A DNA stretch of 64,000 nt from Octopus sinensis. Its lineage: Eukaryota. This document shows, piece after piece, positions 1 to 13,220 of this stretch. Where the stretch lies: NCBI RefSeq assembly GCF_006345805.1, contig NC_043023.1, positions 10,974,001 to 11,038,000 on the forward strand, in the 5' to 3' direction. The notes below the pieces were generated by a model, which saw nothing but the letters and a program-made list of their open reading frames with translations, was not told the DNA's origin and did not search any database. The position numbers and the translations under genes are program-made. The stretch's first letter is position 1; each line of letters starts with the position of its first letter.

Positions 1-2976
1 CTCTCGATGCCAAAGTTCAGGACACTTCCCTCCAGGATCTTCCAGATGTATATTATGGCATATCTTTCCCGCCTACGCTCCAGGGAATATAATTTTAATC
101 TCTTGAGTCTTTCCCAGTAGCTTACATTCTGCATAGAGGCTATCTTCTTTGTGTAGCTTCGTTGGATCGCCTCAAGTTCTGTGATCAACTTGACACTGGA
201 TGGTGACCATAGCTGAGAGCAATAGTCAAAGTGGCTTAGGACAAGTGTCTTCCAGAGGACCATCATGGTTTCTTGTTCTCTTGTTCTAAAGGTTCTAAGA
301 ATCCATCCAGCCAGCCGTCTACATTTCATTGTCAGTTTAGCAACATGTACATGAAAGGTCGCGTCATCACTCATGTGAATACCCAGGTCACGCACTGATT
401 GTGCCTCTGGGATTGCAATCCCTCCGGGTCCAGTGTATTCATTGGGTATTGCATTCAGTTTTGCATGCTGATAGTATAAAGCTTGAAACTTTCCAGCATT
501 GAACTGCATGCTATTCTTTTCAGCCCACTTGTATATTTCGTCCAGCTCACATTGCAGGTGTTTAGTGTCCTCAGGGTTCTGTATTGCCTGTGAAACTTTT
601 GTATCATCTGCATAACTTGTGATCGTGGCTCTCTGCGTGGCTGAGGGCATGTCTGAGAGGGCCATTATGAACAGTAGTGGTCCCAGAACAGTGCCCTGCG
701 GAACACCGCTCACTATTTGTGTGTTAATGGAGGTGGCCCCATTGGCTACTACACCTGACTTCTATCCTTCAGAAAGTCATGAAGCCATTCTCCCAGTTTT
801 CCAACTATGTTGAGATCACGCAGTTTGTGACATATCATTCCATGATCGACTTTATCAAAGGCCTTTGCAAAGTCGAGATATACGACTTCCACATTTGAGT
901 GGTTGAGCAGCCGTTTCAGCACCCAGTCATAGTGTTGTAGGAGCTGAGTTAAACAGCTTCTCCCTGGTCGGAAACCATGTTGGGTGTCGGGCAGCAAGTC
1001 ATTCTCTTCAAGGAAGGTGATCAGCTTCCTTCTGACTATTCGTTCCATGACCTTGCTGATATGTGAGGTCAGAGAGATAGGTCTGTAGTTCTTGGCTTCC
1101 GCTCTGCTACCTCCTTTATGAATGGGGCATATTTTACCTTCCTTCAGTTTTCCTGGAAGTTTGCCAGCTGCAAGGAAGCTCTGAAAGAGGAACTGCAGTG
1201 GTCTTGCTAGGACTCTCTTACATGCTTTTAGGAGGATTGCCGGGAATCCATCGGGGCCAGTAGCTGAGTCTGTTTTCATTTCATCTATAGCCTTGGTTAC
1301 ATCATCTTCCTTTATATCGATGTAATCTATCGTCGCCGCCTCTGATTTATATCTGCAGTGGTAAAAAAGTCAGTTGGATTGGTGATTTGGAGATGCCCAA
1401 GGGGTGGAGTGAAAACACTCTTGAATTGCTCATTCAGTATTTCACTACCCTCATTGGTTTTCCTGTAAGTGTGCCATCCTTTTCGAGGAGTGGCCCTATT
1501 CTACAGTGCACTGTAGCTGTTTCTTTGGCATACCTGTAGAAAGCTCTGGGGTTAGATTTTATGTTTTCTATAGCCCAGGCTTCTTTGTCTGCTCTTTCTT
1601 TTCATGGGAGAGTTGCAGACATTTTTCGATTTCCAACAGTTTTATTTTTAGGCGGGACTTTTCACTGCTTTCAATCTGTTTGTTTAGGCGATTTGAAAAT
1701 TTGTACGCCGTCTCATTAAAATTTTCCTCTCTCTGGGGATTTTGTTCTTGTGTACAGTGGCCTTTCTCTCTGGGACACATTTGTAGCATATGGCTTGCAT
1801 TACAGACATGAATTGTTGAAGTTTCGCGTCGATGTCTGGCGAGGAGAGACATTTAGGCCAGTTTTGTTTGAGGATCTCTTTCTCAATTTGTTTCCAGTTT
1901 GCCTTATGGTAGTTCAAGCTGGAAAGATTTTGAGGGTTTCTTGTAGGCTGCATGTCCGTGCTCTCTTTTGGCCCGTACATGGTCAGCTCTATCATGTTGT
2001 GATCCGAGAGTAGTGTCGGTGTCACTTTCACATTATGGATGAGATCCATGTCATTTGTGAAGCAGAGATCCAGTGTGTTACCTGCCCTGGTTGGTTGGAG
2101 TATTACCTGCTCCATGTACAGGGTGTTGATGAGGTTCAGGAGGGACCTCGCCTGTCCTCGTTCACATCTTGTCATTCCTGGGAGAGAAAGGCCCTCGGGC
2201 CATCTGACATTGGGCAGATTGAAGTCTCCCATAAGAAGCACACCTATGTGTTGTTCTAATGTGGTTAGAATTTCTTCTATTTTTATAAGGCAGTCTTCAA
2301 ACTTGCCCACATGGCTTGGGGCATCTGGAGGGCGATATGTAGCACACACAACTACATCAAGTTGCCTAATATGTACAATTAGTGTGTCACACACCGAGTT
2401 TGAGTATGACAAGAGGACCTGGGGTGTGAGGTCCTCACGGATGTACATAGCAACACCTCCATGACTCCTTTCTTTCCTGTCGGTCCGTAGTACAGCATAC
2501 TGTGGTATGTGTAACTCCGCATCTGCTATGTCCGGTTTCAGGTGCGTTTCTGTAAGTGCTATGCATAAGGCTTGATTGCATGCAACAAAGTCTCTCAGGA
2601 ATGGGATCTTTGTCCTGTTACTGAGTGTTTGCAGTCCTCTGATGTTCAGTAGGAGTATCGAGGTGAGGTGTACGTTGTTGCCGGTGGTGTCCATCCTGGG
2701 TCTGTTTGCTGTGGTGGTGGTCTGGTATATAGTGGGTAGTCCCACCTGCGGGCTTGGGTTTGATGAAGCCAGGTCAGCTGCTGTACAATCTTTTGTGCCA
2801 TGCACAAAAAAGATTGTTGCTCAGCAGCTGCTCTTTCGACAACATCATGTTGGTGGTTTGTGGCGCGCACAACATCTGCGTACCTCCGCTTTGGGGCAAG
2901 TGGTGCGTGGTCCATCCCTTTTCCTTGTGTTGATGGTTTGTCCATCTGCCTCGTGTCTCTGTGGCAGGGTCCCTGC
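1..2976 (-). mobile_element. 5'-truncated, frameshifted CR1/L2-group LINE (ORF1 tail, APE endonuclease, reverse transcriptase); runs off window start
   Basis: ORF 1684-2805 has APE motifs (LLNIRGL, ALTETHL, YRPP, MGDFN, LDLCF, SDH). ORF 749-1279 has RT motifs (GPDG, YRPISLTS, QHGFR, DFAKAFDKVDH). After a frameshift near 750 the frame reads SGVPQGTVLGPLLF, YADD and YSLERRRER. Several frameshifts separate these blocks. Confidence 0.92.
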
Positions 2977-2996
2977 ATATATATTATATAATATAC

Positions 2997-3035
<39 letters not shown>

Positions 3036-3140
3036 ATACATATATATATATTATATACATATATATATACATATAATATATATATATACATATATATATA
3101 CATATATATATAATATATACATATAATATTATACATATAT

Positions 3141-3173
<33 letters not shown>

Positions 3174-3226
3174 CATATACATATATATATATATATATAC
3201 ATAATATATATATACATATATACATA

Positions 3227-3257
<31 letters not shown>

Positions 3258-3305
3258 CATATATATACATATATATATATATATATACATATATATATAC
3301 ACATA
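2977..3305. repeat. (TA)n/(TACA)n microsatellite
   Basis: Interrupted TA dinucleotide run between the LINE 5' end and a SINE head. Confidence 0.95.
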
Positions 3306-3468
3306 TACGAAGGGCTTCTTTCAGTTTCCGTCTACCAAATCCACTCACAAGGCTTAAGTCGGCCCAAGGCTATAGTAGAAGACACTTGCCCAAGGTGCCC
3401 CGCAGTGGGACTGAACCCGGAACCATGTGGTTGGTAAACAAGCTACTTACCACACAGCCACTCCTGCG
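3306..3468 (-). mobile_element. tRNA-derived SINE family A (CORE-like, OR2-like), 5' half
   Basis: Reverse complement of the head GGCGCAGGAGTGGCTGTGTGGTAAGTAGC...CCTTGGGCAAGTGTCTTCTACTATAGC seen in the full copy at 12415-12820. Confidence 0.8.
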
Positions 3469-3469
3469 G

Positions 3470-3625
3470 GTAGGTCAGAAAATTTTCATACGGCTGGAGG
3501 CTCCAATCGAAACAGGGGACCCGAAATGATATGGTTGAGAAACGCTGTTCTAGATTATGCCTAACCGAAAACGATCACAACCACATCATCCAAAGGGACC
3601 GGGTGAAACCGGGCTTAGCTGCTAG
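3470..3625 (+). mobile_element. Helitron-like 3' end
   Basis: Small hairpin CCGGGTGAAACCGG followed by CTAG|T at 3622-3626. Confidence 0.45.
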
Positions 3626-3823
3626 TATTATATAAACAGAAGACCAAGGGAGATAAGCAAGTACACGAGACCAATTTCAGTCAATCAGAATTTGGTCTTT
3701 TGATGGCTTTACGTTTATAACGGTCGGGGGATCTCCACTGTTTAATGGTGATTCAATGGTTTGATAAACTGATTTACCAGCTTCTGAATTTATGTGTATT
3801 TGGTTAAGAATTCCTACTGTTAA

Positions 3824-4052
3824 CCTGGCAGAAACGTTAGCAAGCCGGGCGAAATGCGTAGCCGTATTCCGTCTGTCGTTACGTTCCGAGTTCAAATTCC
3901 GCCGAGGTCGACTTTGCCTTTCATCCTTTCGAGGTCGATAAATTAAGTACCAGTTACGCACTGGGGATCAATGTAATCGACTTAATCCGTTTGTCTGTCC
4001 TTGTTTGTCCCCTCTGTGTTTAACCCCTTGTGGGTAGTAAAGAAATATATTT
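3824..4052 (+). mobile_element. tRNA-derived SINE family B (Nin/Deu-like central domain)
   Basis: CTGGCAGAAACGTTAGC head, GAGTTCAAATTCC B-box-like motif, GCCTTTCATCCTTTCGAGGTCGATAAATTAAGTACCAG central domain, GGGTAGTAAAGAAA tail. Confidence 0.8.
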
Positions 4053-4324
4053 CCTAGGATTATATGGCTGCAGTTGTGACAAAGGTTAAATAGTTTGGTT
4101 TCAATGCTACTGAGGCACTTTGGGTGTCTTTTACTATAGCTCTGAGCCCTGTGAGTGGATTTCACGTGCAAAAACTGAGAGGGGAATATACTGAATAAAA
4201 CCATAATTAACTGAATCCCCTGTATTTTCTTTTACCCAAAGCCAGGAACTTTTCAGGGCTTGTATTGAGAGAAAAATTAGGCATAAAGGGAGTCAGATGT
4301 AGCATGAAAGAAAGGACTGTGATG

Positions 4325-4725
4325 ATCTTTTCTACTCTAGGCACAAGGCCCGAAATTTTTGGGGAGGTGTTGCAGTCGATTAGATCGACCCCAGTATGCA
4401 ACTGGTACTTAATTTATCGACCCTGAAAGGATGAAAGGCAAAGTTGACCTCGGCGGAATTTGAAATCAGAATGTAGAGACAGACGAAATACTGCTAAGCA
4501 TTTTGCCTGGCATGCTAACATTTCTTATTTCTTTATTGCCTTCAAGGGGTTAACCATAGAGAGGACAAAGGGATTAAGTCGATTACATTGGCCCCACTGG
4601 TACTTAATTTATCGACCCCAAAAGGATGGAAGGCAAAGGTGACCTTGGTGGAATTTGAACTCAGAATGTAATGGCAAACAAAATACCACTAAGGACTTGG
4701 CCCTGTGTGCTAACATCTTGCCAGC
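4325..4725 (-). mobile_element. Two adjacent diverged SINE family B copies
   Basis: Reverse-complement matches to the 3824-4052 copy. Confidence 0.7.
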
Positions 4726-4835
4726 TCGCCATCTTAGGACTGTAATGATCTGGTCATGGGGTGTATGGATGAGGAGTGGTAATCATTTAAAGTGGATGGA
4801 ACTTATGGAAGAGGGCTGGATGGATGCGGCCATGC

Positions 4836-5190
4836 TGGGGCACCGCCTTTAGTCGAGCAAATCAACCCCAGGACTTATTCTTTGGAAGCCTAGTACTTAT
4901 TCTATCGGTCTCTGTTGCCGAACTGCTAAGCAACGGTGACGTAAACACACCAGCATCGGTTGTCAAGTGATGTTGGTGGGGACAAACACAGACACACATA
5001 CACACACACATACATATATATGCATATACATATGTACGATGGGCTTCTTTCAGTTTCCGTCGACCAAATCCACTCACAAGGCTTTGGTCGGCCCGAGGCT
5101 ATAGCAGAAGACACTTGCCCAAGTAACCACGCAGTGGGACTGAACCCGGAACCATGTGGTTAGTAAGCAAGCTACTTACCACACAGCCAC
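4836..5190 (-). mobile_element. SINE family A
   Basis: Head, CORE-like segment, internal (CA/TA) tract and 3' body match 12415-12820. Confidence 0.85.
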
Positions 5191-5208
5191 AATTAGCTTG
5201 AAACAATT

Positions 5209-5625
5209 ATCATCATCATCATCATTTAACGTCTGCTTTCCATGCTAGCATGGGTTGGACGATTTTGACTGAGGGTTGGCAAACCAGATGGCTGCACCAG
5301 GCTCCAATCTTGATCTGGCAGAGTTTCTACAGCTGGATGCCCTTCCTAATGCCAACCACTCTGAGAGTGTAGTGGGTGCTTTTTACATGCCACCGGCATG
5401 GGGGCCAGTCAGGCGGTACTGGTAACGACCTTGCTCGAATCTTTTTACATATGCCACCGGCACAGGTGCCAGTAAGGCAATGCTGGTAACGATCACACTT
5501 GAATGGTGCCTTTTACGTGTCACCGGCACAGAAGCCAGTTAGCCGCTCTGGCAACAATCACGCTCGGATGGTGCTCTTAGCACCCTACTAGCACGAGCAC
5601 AAGTGCCAGTAAGGCAACACTGGGA
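5209..5625 (-). mobile_element. RTE LINE 3' end (variant subfamily)
   Basis: (CAT)n tail and reverse complement of TTGGCATTAGGAAGGGCATCCAGCTGTAGAAAC, matching the 3' UTR at 39160-39683. Confidence 0.85.
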
Positions 5626-5869
5626 ATAAATAATCATTATATTTGATAGAATGCATGCTAAAAAGTTAAATCAAGACATTTTTTGTATACAGATAAAAGC
5701 AACAAGTGTAGACACAGATTTAAAAAAATCCTTTATTGTAAAAGATGCAATCTGGAGTATAGTAATAAGTTTTGGGCAATATACCAAAGGGTACTTTCAA
5801 TTCAATATCGAGATGAGGACACCACTTCAACTAATACATAATACAAGGATACTTTGATAAACGATTTTT

Positions 5870-6602
5870 ATAACCCTTTTGTTACTAATCCGGCCAAACC
5901 AGCTCTGGCTCTGAGTACAAATGTCTTGTTTCCATAAGTTTTGAATTAAAATCTTCCACCAAACATTAATCACAATTTATGTTCCTAACACTAGCTGTAT
6001 GGTAACTAAGTTATTTTACTAAATTCTTTGTTATATTTAAAATTAATTGAAAGAAACACAGAGCATCTCAACAGAAATATGGTAACAAAAGGCTTAAAAA
6101 TATATAATAGAGAAACAATTCTTAACCCTTTTGATACCAACCCTGCTGAAACCGCCTCTGACTCTGTGTATAAATGTCTTGTCTTTGTAAGTTTTGAATT
6201 AAAACCTTTCACCAAACCTTAGTCACTATTTATGTTCCTAATACTAGCTTAATGATAACTAAGTTATTTTACTAAATTCTTTGTTATATTTAAAATTAAT
6301 TGAAAGAAACACAGAGCATCTTGACGGAATACAGTAACGAAAGGGTTAAAATATATAATAGAGAAACAATTCTTAACCCTTTTGATACCAACCCTGCTGA
6401 AACTGCCTTTGGCTCTTTAGTACAAATGTCTTGTTTTCATAAGTTTTGAATTAAAATCTTCCACCAAACCTTAGTCACAATTTATGTTCCTAACACTAGC
6501 TTAATGATAACGAAGTTATTTTACTAAATTCTTTGTTATATTTAAAATTAATTGAAAGAAACACAGAACATCTCAACAGAAATACAGTAACGAAAGAGTT
6601 AA
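5870..6602 (+). mobile_element. Tandem array of 3 piggyBac-like MITEs (about 220 bp each)
   Basis: Each unit is TTAA|CCCTTT(T/C)G(T/A)TAC...GTAAC(A/G)AAAGG(G/C)|TTAA; units are separated by the same ~24-bp spacer. Confidence 0.8.
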
Positions 6603-6772
6603 ACTGACCGTATTTGGCTCAAATATTCTACTTGCTTTAAGTTCACACTGGTCAGATCCAGCCTCTCACACCTATCCAAGAGCATCATTTTGAAAATAAA
6701 CAACCAAACCATCAAGGGCTACAAGATAATGCAGGAGTAATTCAAAACAATATCAATATATATATATATAAA

Positions 6773-7274
6773 CTAGCAGTATCGCCCGGCGTTGCTCGGG
6801 TTTGTAAGGGAAATAACTATATAAGCATTTTTAGAGAGTTATAGCCAAAAAATAGCAAAAAAAATGCATTAAAATGGAAAAAAAATTATGGTAAATTTTT
6901 TTTTAAATCGTTGACTCATCGTAGACATTTTTATAGAGTTACTTCCCTCATGTAATAGCGAAAAAAATGCATTAAAATGGAAAAAAAATTATGGTAAATT
7001 TTTTTTTAATCGTTGACTCATCGTAGACATTTTTAGAGAGTTACTTCCCTCATGTAATAGCGAAAAAAATGCATTAAAATGGAAAAAAATGATGGTAACT
7101 TTTTTTTTAAATCGTAGACTCATCGTAGACGCGCGCTTAATACCCAGAAGGGCTCGATATGAATAACGACTATAAGATACCCGGTTTTGGTTAAACTGCA
7201 CCGCAAAATGTGGGAGTAGTTAGGAATCTAAATCGTAGGAGACAGACACACAACTTCACTTTTATATATAAAGA
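6773..7274 (-). mobile_element. Non-autonomous Helitron-like element
   Basis: On the minus strand: A|TC 5' end, 3' hairpin ACCCGAGCAACGCCGGGC followed by CTAG|T; internal ~118-bp tandem repeat. Confidence 0.8.
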
Positions 7275-7454
7275 TTTGACAGTAGTCTGAATGCCAAAGG
7301 GTTATACTACAAGGTGTCTGGGCTAAATTTGACAATATTTGATGCCTCTTTTTTTTTTTTTTTTTTATGTGTTGGAGAGCATAAATGTTAAAGGTGAGTT
7401 GAGAAAAAGATAGCTGACATAGAGGACCGGAAGCGATCTGAATATTCTTTTCTA

Positions 7455-8256
<802 letters not shown>

Positions 8257-9606
8257 TCATCCTGTATGAGTCCGATTGTGTTTAGTTAAACTTCTTCTTT
8301 GAGAGAATGATTTACCACAAATATCACAGTGATATGGTTTCTCAACCGCATGAATATGCTTGTGTTGAGTTAAGTAACCAGCATGCGACAGTGGTTTACC
8401 ACAGACATCACACAGATGTTTCTCTCCGCGATGGGTGTTTGTGTGAATAGTTAGGCTACCTTTATGAGAGAATGATTTATCACAGATGTCACAATGAAAT
8501 GGTTTCTCACCTGTGTGAATGCGTATGTGGGAAGTTAAATGATCCTTTCGAAGGAATGATTTGCCACAAATATCACAGCGATATGATTTTTCTTCTGAAT
8601 GGATACGTTTGTGTTTAGTTAAGTTGCCATTCAGAGTGAATGACTTACCACAGATAGCACAGTGATATGGTTTCTCGCCTGTATGAATGGTCTTGTGTCT
8701 ATCCAAGACTGTACCATCAGAGAATGATTTACCGCAGGTATCACAGTGATATGGTTTCTCTCCTGTATGAATGCGTTTGTGTCGAGTCAAGATTGTAGTG
8801 TCACAGAATGATTTACCACAAATATCACAGTGATATGGTTTCTCTCCAGTATGAATATATTTGTGTTTATTTAAATTGCCATTATGGCAGAAAGCCTTCC
8901 CGCAGATGTCACAGTGAAACGGCTTCTCTTCAGCATGAATGTATTTGTGTCTATTTAAGTCACTTCTTTGAGTGAATGATTTACCACAGGTATCGCAGTG
9001 ATGTTGTCTCTCTCCTGTATGAATATGCATGTGTTTGGTGAAGCGGCTTTCATCAGAGAAAGATTTATCGCAGATATCACAGTGATATGGTTTTTCTACA
9101 GAGTGAATACGTTTATGTTTAGTTAAGGTGCTTTTCTCTGAGAATGATTTACCACAGAAATCACAGACATATGGCTTTTCCCCTGTATGAATGCGTATGT
9201 GGCTAGTTAAGTGATCGCTCTGAGAAAAAGACTGACCACAGACATCACAGTGATATGGTTTTTCTCCTGTATGAGTACGTTTGTGCCTAGATAAGGCACC
9301 ATTTCGAGAGAACGATTTATCACAGACATCACAATGATATGGTTTCTCTCCTGTGTGAATAAACTTATGTTTAGTTACACTGCTACTCTGAGAGAACGAT
9401 TTACCACAGATATTACAGTGATATCGTTTCTCCCCTGTATGGATATTTTTGTGTTTGGTTAGGCTGCTCCTTTTAGAAAATGATTTACCACAGATATCAC
9501 AATGGTATGATGGTTTTCCTTCCTCAGAATTTATATCATCAGGTAACTCAATCTTTTTAGTCTCCGTTTCACATTCAACCTTGATCTCATTTAACTCACA
9601 TTCCAT
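8257..9606 (-). CDS. C2H2 zinc-finger protein, 449 aa, 15 tandem fingers, single coding exon
   Basis: 15 CxxC-x12-HxxxH units with TGEKPY-type linkers. First ATG (MECELNE) at 9606; the longer ORF in the track starts at a TTG inside a SINE. Candidate splice acceptor TTATTTCAG at 10370-10378 (minus strand). Confidence 0.92.
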   Translation of the reverse strand: MECELNEIKVECETETKKIELPDDINSEEGKPSYHCDICGKSFSKRSSLTKHKNIHTGEKRYHCNICGKSFSQSSSVTKHKFIHTGEKPYHCDVCDKSFSRNGALSRHKRTHTGEKPYHCDVCGQSFSQSDHLTSHIRIHTGEKPYVCDFCGKSFSEKSTLTKHKRIHSVEKPYHCDICDKSFSDESRFTKHMHIHTGERQHHCDTCGKSFTQRSDLNRHKYIHAEEKPFHCDICGKAFCHNGNLNKHKYIHTGEKPYHCDICGKSFCDTTILTRHKRIHTGEKPYHCDTCGKSFSDGTVLDRHKTIHTGEKPYHCAICGKSFTLNGNLTKHKRIHSEEKSYRCDICGKSFLRKDHLTSHIRIHTGEKPFHCDICDKSFSHKGSLTIHTNTHRGEKHLCDVCGKPLSHAGYLTQHKHIHAVEKPYHCDICGKSFSQRRSLTKHNRTHTG

Positions 9607-9642
9607 AATTTTTCTTTCCTTACTACAATATACAGACGATTT

Positions 9643-10027
9643 AGTGGAGGCGCGATGGCCCAATGGTCAGGGCAGCGGACTCGCGGTCATAGGATCGCGG
9701 TTTTGATTCCCAGACCGGGCGTTGTGAGTGTTTATTGAGCGAAAACACCTAAAGCTCCACGAGGCTCTGGCAGGGGATGGTGGTGATCCCTGCTGTACTC
9801 TTTCACCACAACCTTCTCTCACTCTTACTTTCTGTTTCTGTTGTACCTGTATTTGAAAGGGCCGACCTTGTCACTCTCTGTGTCACGCTGAATATCCCCG
9901 AGAACTACGTTAAGGGTACACGTGTCCGTGGAGTGCTCAGCCACTTACACGTTAATTTCACGAGCAGGCTGCTCCGTTGATTCGGTTCAACCGGAACCCT
10001 CATCGTCGTAACCGACGGAGTGCTTCC
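9643..10027 (+). mobile_element. tRNA-derived SINE family C with 13-bp TSD
   Basis: tRNA-like head GTGGAGGCGCGATGGCCCAATGGTCAGGGC; TSD ATACAGACGATTT at 9630-9642 and 10028-10040. Confidence 0.88.
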
Positions 10028-10416
10028 ATACAGACGATTTTTTGTTCTAATATCTTACTCTGAACAAATATTAGTGCTGCTATATTTCCATCAGCTGTGA
10101 ATTTTGGTGATTATCTGAAGTTTCTGCAAACTCCTTTGCAATCCAGATTCAATTAAAATGCAAAGTGATTTTGTAAAGTTTTCAGACAGTGAACAAGACA
10201 AACATTGATATTCATTCTTAGTTCTGAAGAAATATTTCTCTGTAGTTCCCCAAACATTTATATAAATAGAATTATATTTGTTCTTTATAACACTTTCCTT
10301 TAGTCTTTAGGATATGATCAATATTGATGATGTATCTGATGAGAACAATCCTTTGCTGTTTTTGATAATCTGAAATAATTGAGAAACAAAAATTATACAG
10401 AGGATACAGAGGATAT

Positions 10417-11222
10417 TTAAAAAGCAGAAACAAAATCAAAATCAAAGTCAAAATCGATCAACATCAATGGAAATTGTAGCTGTGATACCATAAAAAAACC
10501 ATCCAAATGTGGCTGTTGCCAGTGCCGCCCCGACTGGCCTCCATGCCGTTGGCACATAAAAAGCACCATCCGAACGTGGCCGTTGCCAGCCTCGTCTGGC
10601 ACCTGTGCAGGTGGCACATAAAAAGCACCATCTGATTGTGGCTGTTGCCAGCCTTGCCTGGCCTCCATGTTGGTGGCACGTAAAAAACACCATCCGATCG
10701 TGGCCATTGCCAGCCTCGCCTGGCCTCCATGCTGGTGGCATGTAAAAAGCACCATCTGATCGTGGCCATTGCCAGCCTCGCCTGGCCTCTGTGCTGGTGG
10801 CACGTAAAAAGCACCATCTGATCATGGCTGTTGCCAGCCTCGCCTGGCCTCCGTGCTGGTGGCACATAAAAAGCACCATCCGATCGTGGCCGTTTGCCAG
10901 CCTCGTCTGGCACCTGTGCAGGTGGCACATAAAAAGCAACATCCGATCGTGGCCATTTGCCAGCCTTGTCTGGCCTCCGTGCCAGTGGCATGTAAAAAAC
11001 ACCATCCGATCGTGGCTGTTGCCAGCCTCGCCTGGCACCTGTGCCGGTGGCATGTAAAAGCACCCACTACACTCACGGAGTGGTTGGCGTTAGGAAGGGC
11101 ATCCAGCTGTAGAAACACTGCCAGATCAGACTGGGCCTGGTGCAGCCTCCTGGCTTCCCAGACCCCAGTTGAACCGTCCAACCCATGCTAGCATGGAAAA
11201 CGGACGCTAAACGATGATGATG
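10417..11222 (+). mobile_element. RTE LINE 3' UTR with about 9 tandem 62-64 bp units
   Basis: Repeated GCCTCGCCTGGC...GGCACGTAAAAAGCACCATCCGATCGTGGCC units, the conserved terminal segment and a (GAT)n tail. Confidence 0.88.
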
Positions 11223-11501
11223 AAACACAACACAGGAAATTTTACATTTTTATGAAATAAAACCCTAGACATAGCACTTTACTAGAATAATTGAAAGCTA
11301 AAACAATGTGAAGTGCATTGTGAATTTTTGGTTTAAATCCCAAAAGACCCTTAAATGTGTTTACGGGGAGAAAGACATTGAAAAGCATCGATACATCAGA
11401 CTGACAAACAAACGAAGAGAGGTATGAGGTGGTCGTAAGATGTGCTAAAAGTAACAGTTAAATACACCTTAAATCATGCGCTAATTTTTTTTCTAGATGT
11501 A

Positions 11502-12203
11502 CTGTAAATCCTCGAGTATAATCCACATTTTTCTTCCCAAAATTTAAAGGTCAAAATCCCTAGTGCGTACTTGATCACTTTGACCGACCATTCCGTCAGG
11601 CGTCCATTTGACACCGCAGGTCACAGCACGCTGTCCACTCCTCTCTGGATCGTGCCTTTCTCATCTACGTGATCCCAATCGTCCTCCTGAAATTGTAATT
11701 CCACCATCGTGGAGGTTTTCCGGGTGGTCTTTTCCGCTCACGCGGGTACCACTCGACAACTGCGTGCGTCCACCGTACTATACACGAGGTTAAAAATGAA
11801 AATCATTTCCTAAGCAATGTCCGAGACTATTTGCTGTCCGGCAATGTTTATTCAGACGCATTTTGTGATGTCGGGCGTGAAAATACCTTAAGCTAAGCCT
11901 GAAAGCAATGAAGTCATAAAAGAATCATCCATAACTTGCAGTAAGCAACATTTATTAAACGTTATTACTGTTATTTCTTTATTTTCTGCAAACAAAATGC
12001 ACAAAAAAGCTACACGTTTGCATTATGTTATATATACAATAATAATAAAGGACGTTACCGTATACAGTTTTACAAACCAAGGACATTATATCGACCTCCT
12101 TGACTCAAGTTAGAGAAGGGGTGCGTATTATACACAAGGTTTAGGTTTTTCAGAGGTACAGCACCCTAAAAATCCCCTGCGTATTATACTCGAGGATTTA
12201 TGG
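11502..12203. mobile_element. Tc1/mariner (pogo/Tc2-like) MITE with TA TSD, carrying a nested RTE fragment
   Basis: TIRs TA|CTGTAAATCCTCGAGTATAAT and ATTATACTCGAGGATTTATGG|TA; a related copy at about 30092-30345 lacks the nested insert. Confidence 0.8.
11572..11773 (-). mobile_element. 3' end of a second, distinct RTE-clade LINE family
   Basis: 11772-11596 translates WTHAVVEWYPRERKRPPGKPPRWW...IT*MRKARSREEWTACC...*, resembling the RTE RT C-terminus; flanked by a CGTACT duplication. Confidence 0.75.
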
Positions 12204-12414
12204 TATTGATGTTTTTCAATATCTTTCTCCCCATAAAGATATTTAATGATCAATTGTTGAGATTTAGACAAAAAATTCAAACTGTCCTTGGGTGAGAAGT
12301 TTCAGAAAATTCAGAGTCGGTTTTTGTTTCCTCAAAACTTTCGGCAAAAAAATTGTGATATTGAATAAAATTTTCTTCAAATACATTTTAGAGTGTGTAA
12401 ATTATGATTATATT

Positions 12415-12820
12415 GGCGCAGGAGTGGCTGTGTGGTAAGTAGCTTGTTTACCAACCACATGGTTCCGGGTTCAGTCCCACTGCATGGCACCTTGGGCAAG
12501 TGTCTTCTACTATAGCTTCGGGCCAACCAAAGCCTTGTGAGTGGATTTGGTAGACGGAAACTGAAAGAAGCCTGTCGTATATATGTGTATATATGTATAT
12601 GTGTGTGTGCGTGTATGCTTGTGTTTGTCCCCCTAGCATTGCTTGACAACCGATGCTGGTGTGTTTATGTCCCCGTCACTTAGCGGTTCGGCAAAAGAGA
12701 CCGATAGAATAAGTACTGGGCTTACAAAGAATAAGTCCTGGGGTCGAGTTGCTCGATTAAAGGCAGTGCTCGAGCATGGCCGCAGTCAAATGACTGAAAC
12801 AAGTAAAAGAGTAAAAGAGT
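12415..12820 (+). mobile_element. SINE family A, full length
   Basis: tRNA-like head with A/B-box-like motifs, CORE-like CCTTGGGCAAGTG, internal microsatellite, tail GAAACAAGTAAAAGAG. Confidence 0.88.
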
Positions 12821-12924
12821 ATTGGAATTTAATAATGAAAAGAAAATATAGTGGGCACACACACATACCTACTGACACATTAGAATTTGTTTTGAAATTT
12901 CAAGTTTAAATTTGTAGATGTGAT

Positions 12925-13220
12925 GTTGTTTGTTCCTTCTCGAGCCACCCCTGGCTCATAAGGGCCGGTTTCCTGGTTTCCTTGGCGTATAGGTCCCCCA
13001 CCTGGATGTCACGCTGGTCTGTCGCAGGTGAACTGCAAGATGCATGAGGAAAGAGTGAGAGAAAGTTGTGGCGAACGAGTCAGTAGAAGTTCGCCATTAC
13101 CTTCAGCAGGAGCCGCGTGGAGCTTAGGTGTTTGACTCATAAACACACACATTGCCCGGTCTGAGATTCGAACCCATGACCCCTCGACCGTGAGTCCACT
13201 ACTCTAACCACGTGCCTCCA
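12925..13220 (-). mobile_element. tRNA-derived SINE family D (further copies at 13646-13942 and 13978-14198)
   Basis: Head GTGGAGGCACxTGG...TTAGAG...GGTTCGAATCTCAGACCGGGC and tail GGCTCGAGAAGGAACAAACAAC on the minus strand. Confidence 0.8.

Noticed and set aside
2845-3348. YI/THTH/LSIY-rich ORFs here and at about 15740-16300, 18578-18889, 42497-44707 and 45758-48155
   Set aside because: Microsatellite translations.
9607-9663. 19-aa N-terminal extension of the ZNF given by the ORF track
   Set aside because: It starts at a TTG inside the SINE; in the pre-insertion sequence an in-frame TAG lies just upstream of the TSD.
10417-11191. Overlapping 110-200 aa ORFs, and similar ones at about 23300-23880, 39270-40460 and 51980-52450
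   Set aside because: They are translations of the RTE 3' UTR tandem repeat, open in several frames at once, with no domain signal.
11572-11773. Solo LTR or structured ncRNA
   Set aside because: It does not end in CA, and the minus strand translates to an RTE C-terminus.
12415-12490. tRNA genes at SINE heads (also 9643, 20411, 50066)
   Set aside because: A/B-box-like motifs are present but there is no complete cloverleaf; the heads continue into repeat bodies.
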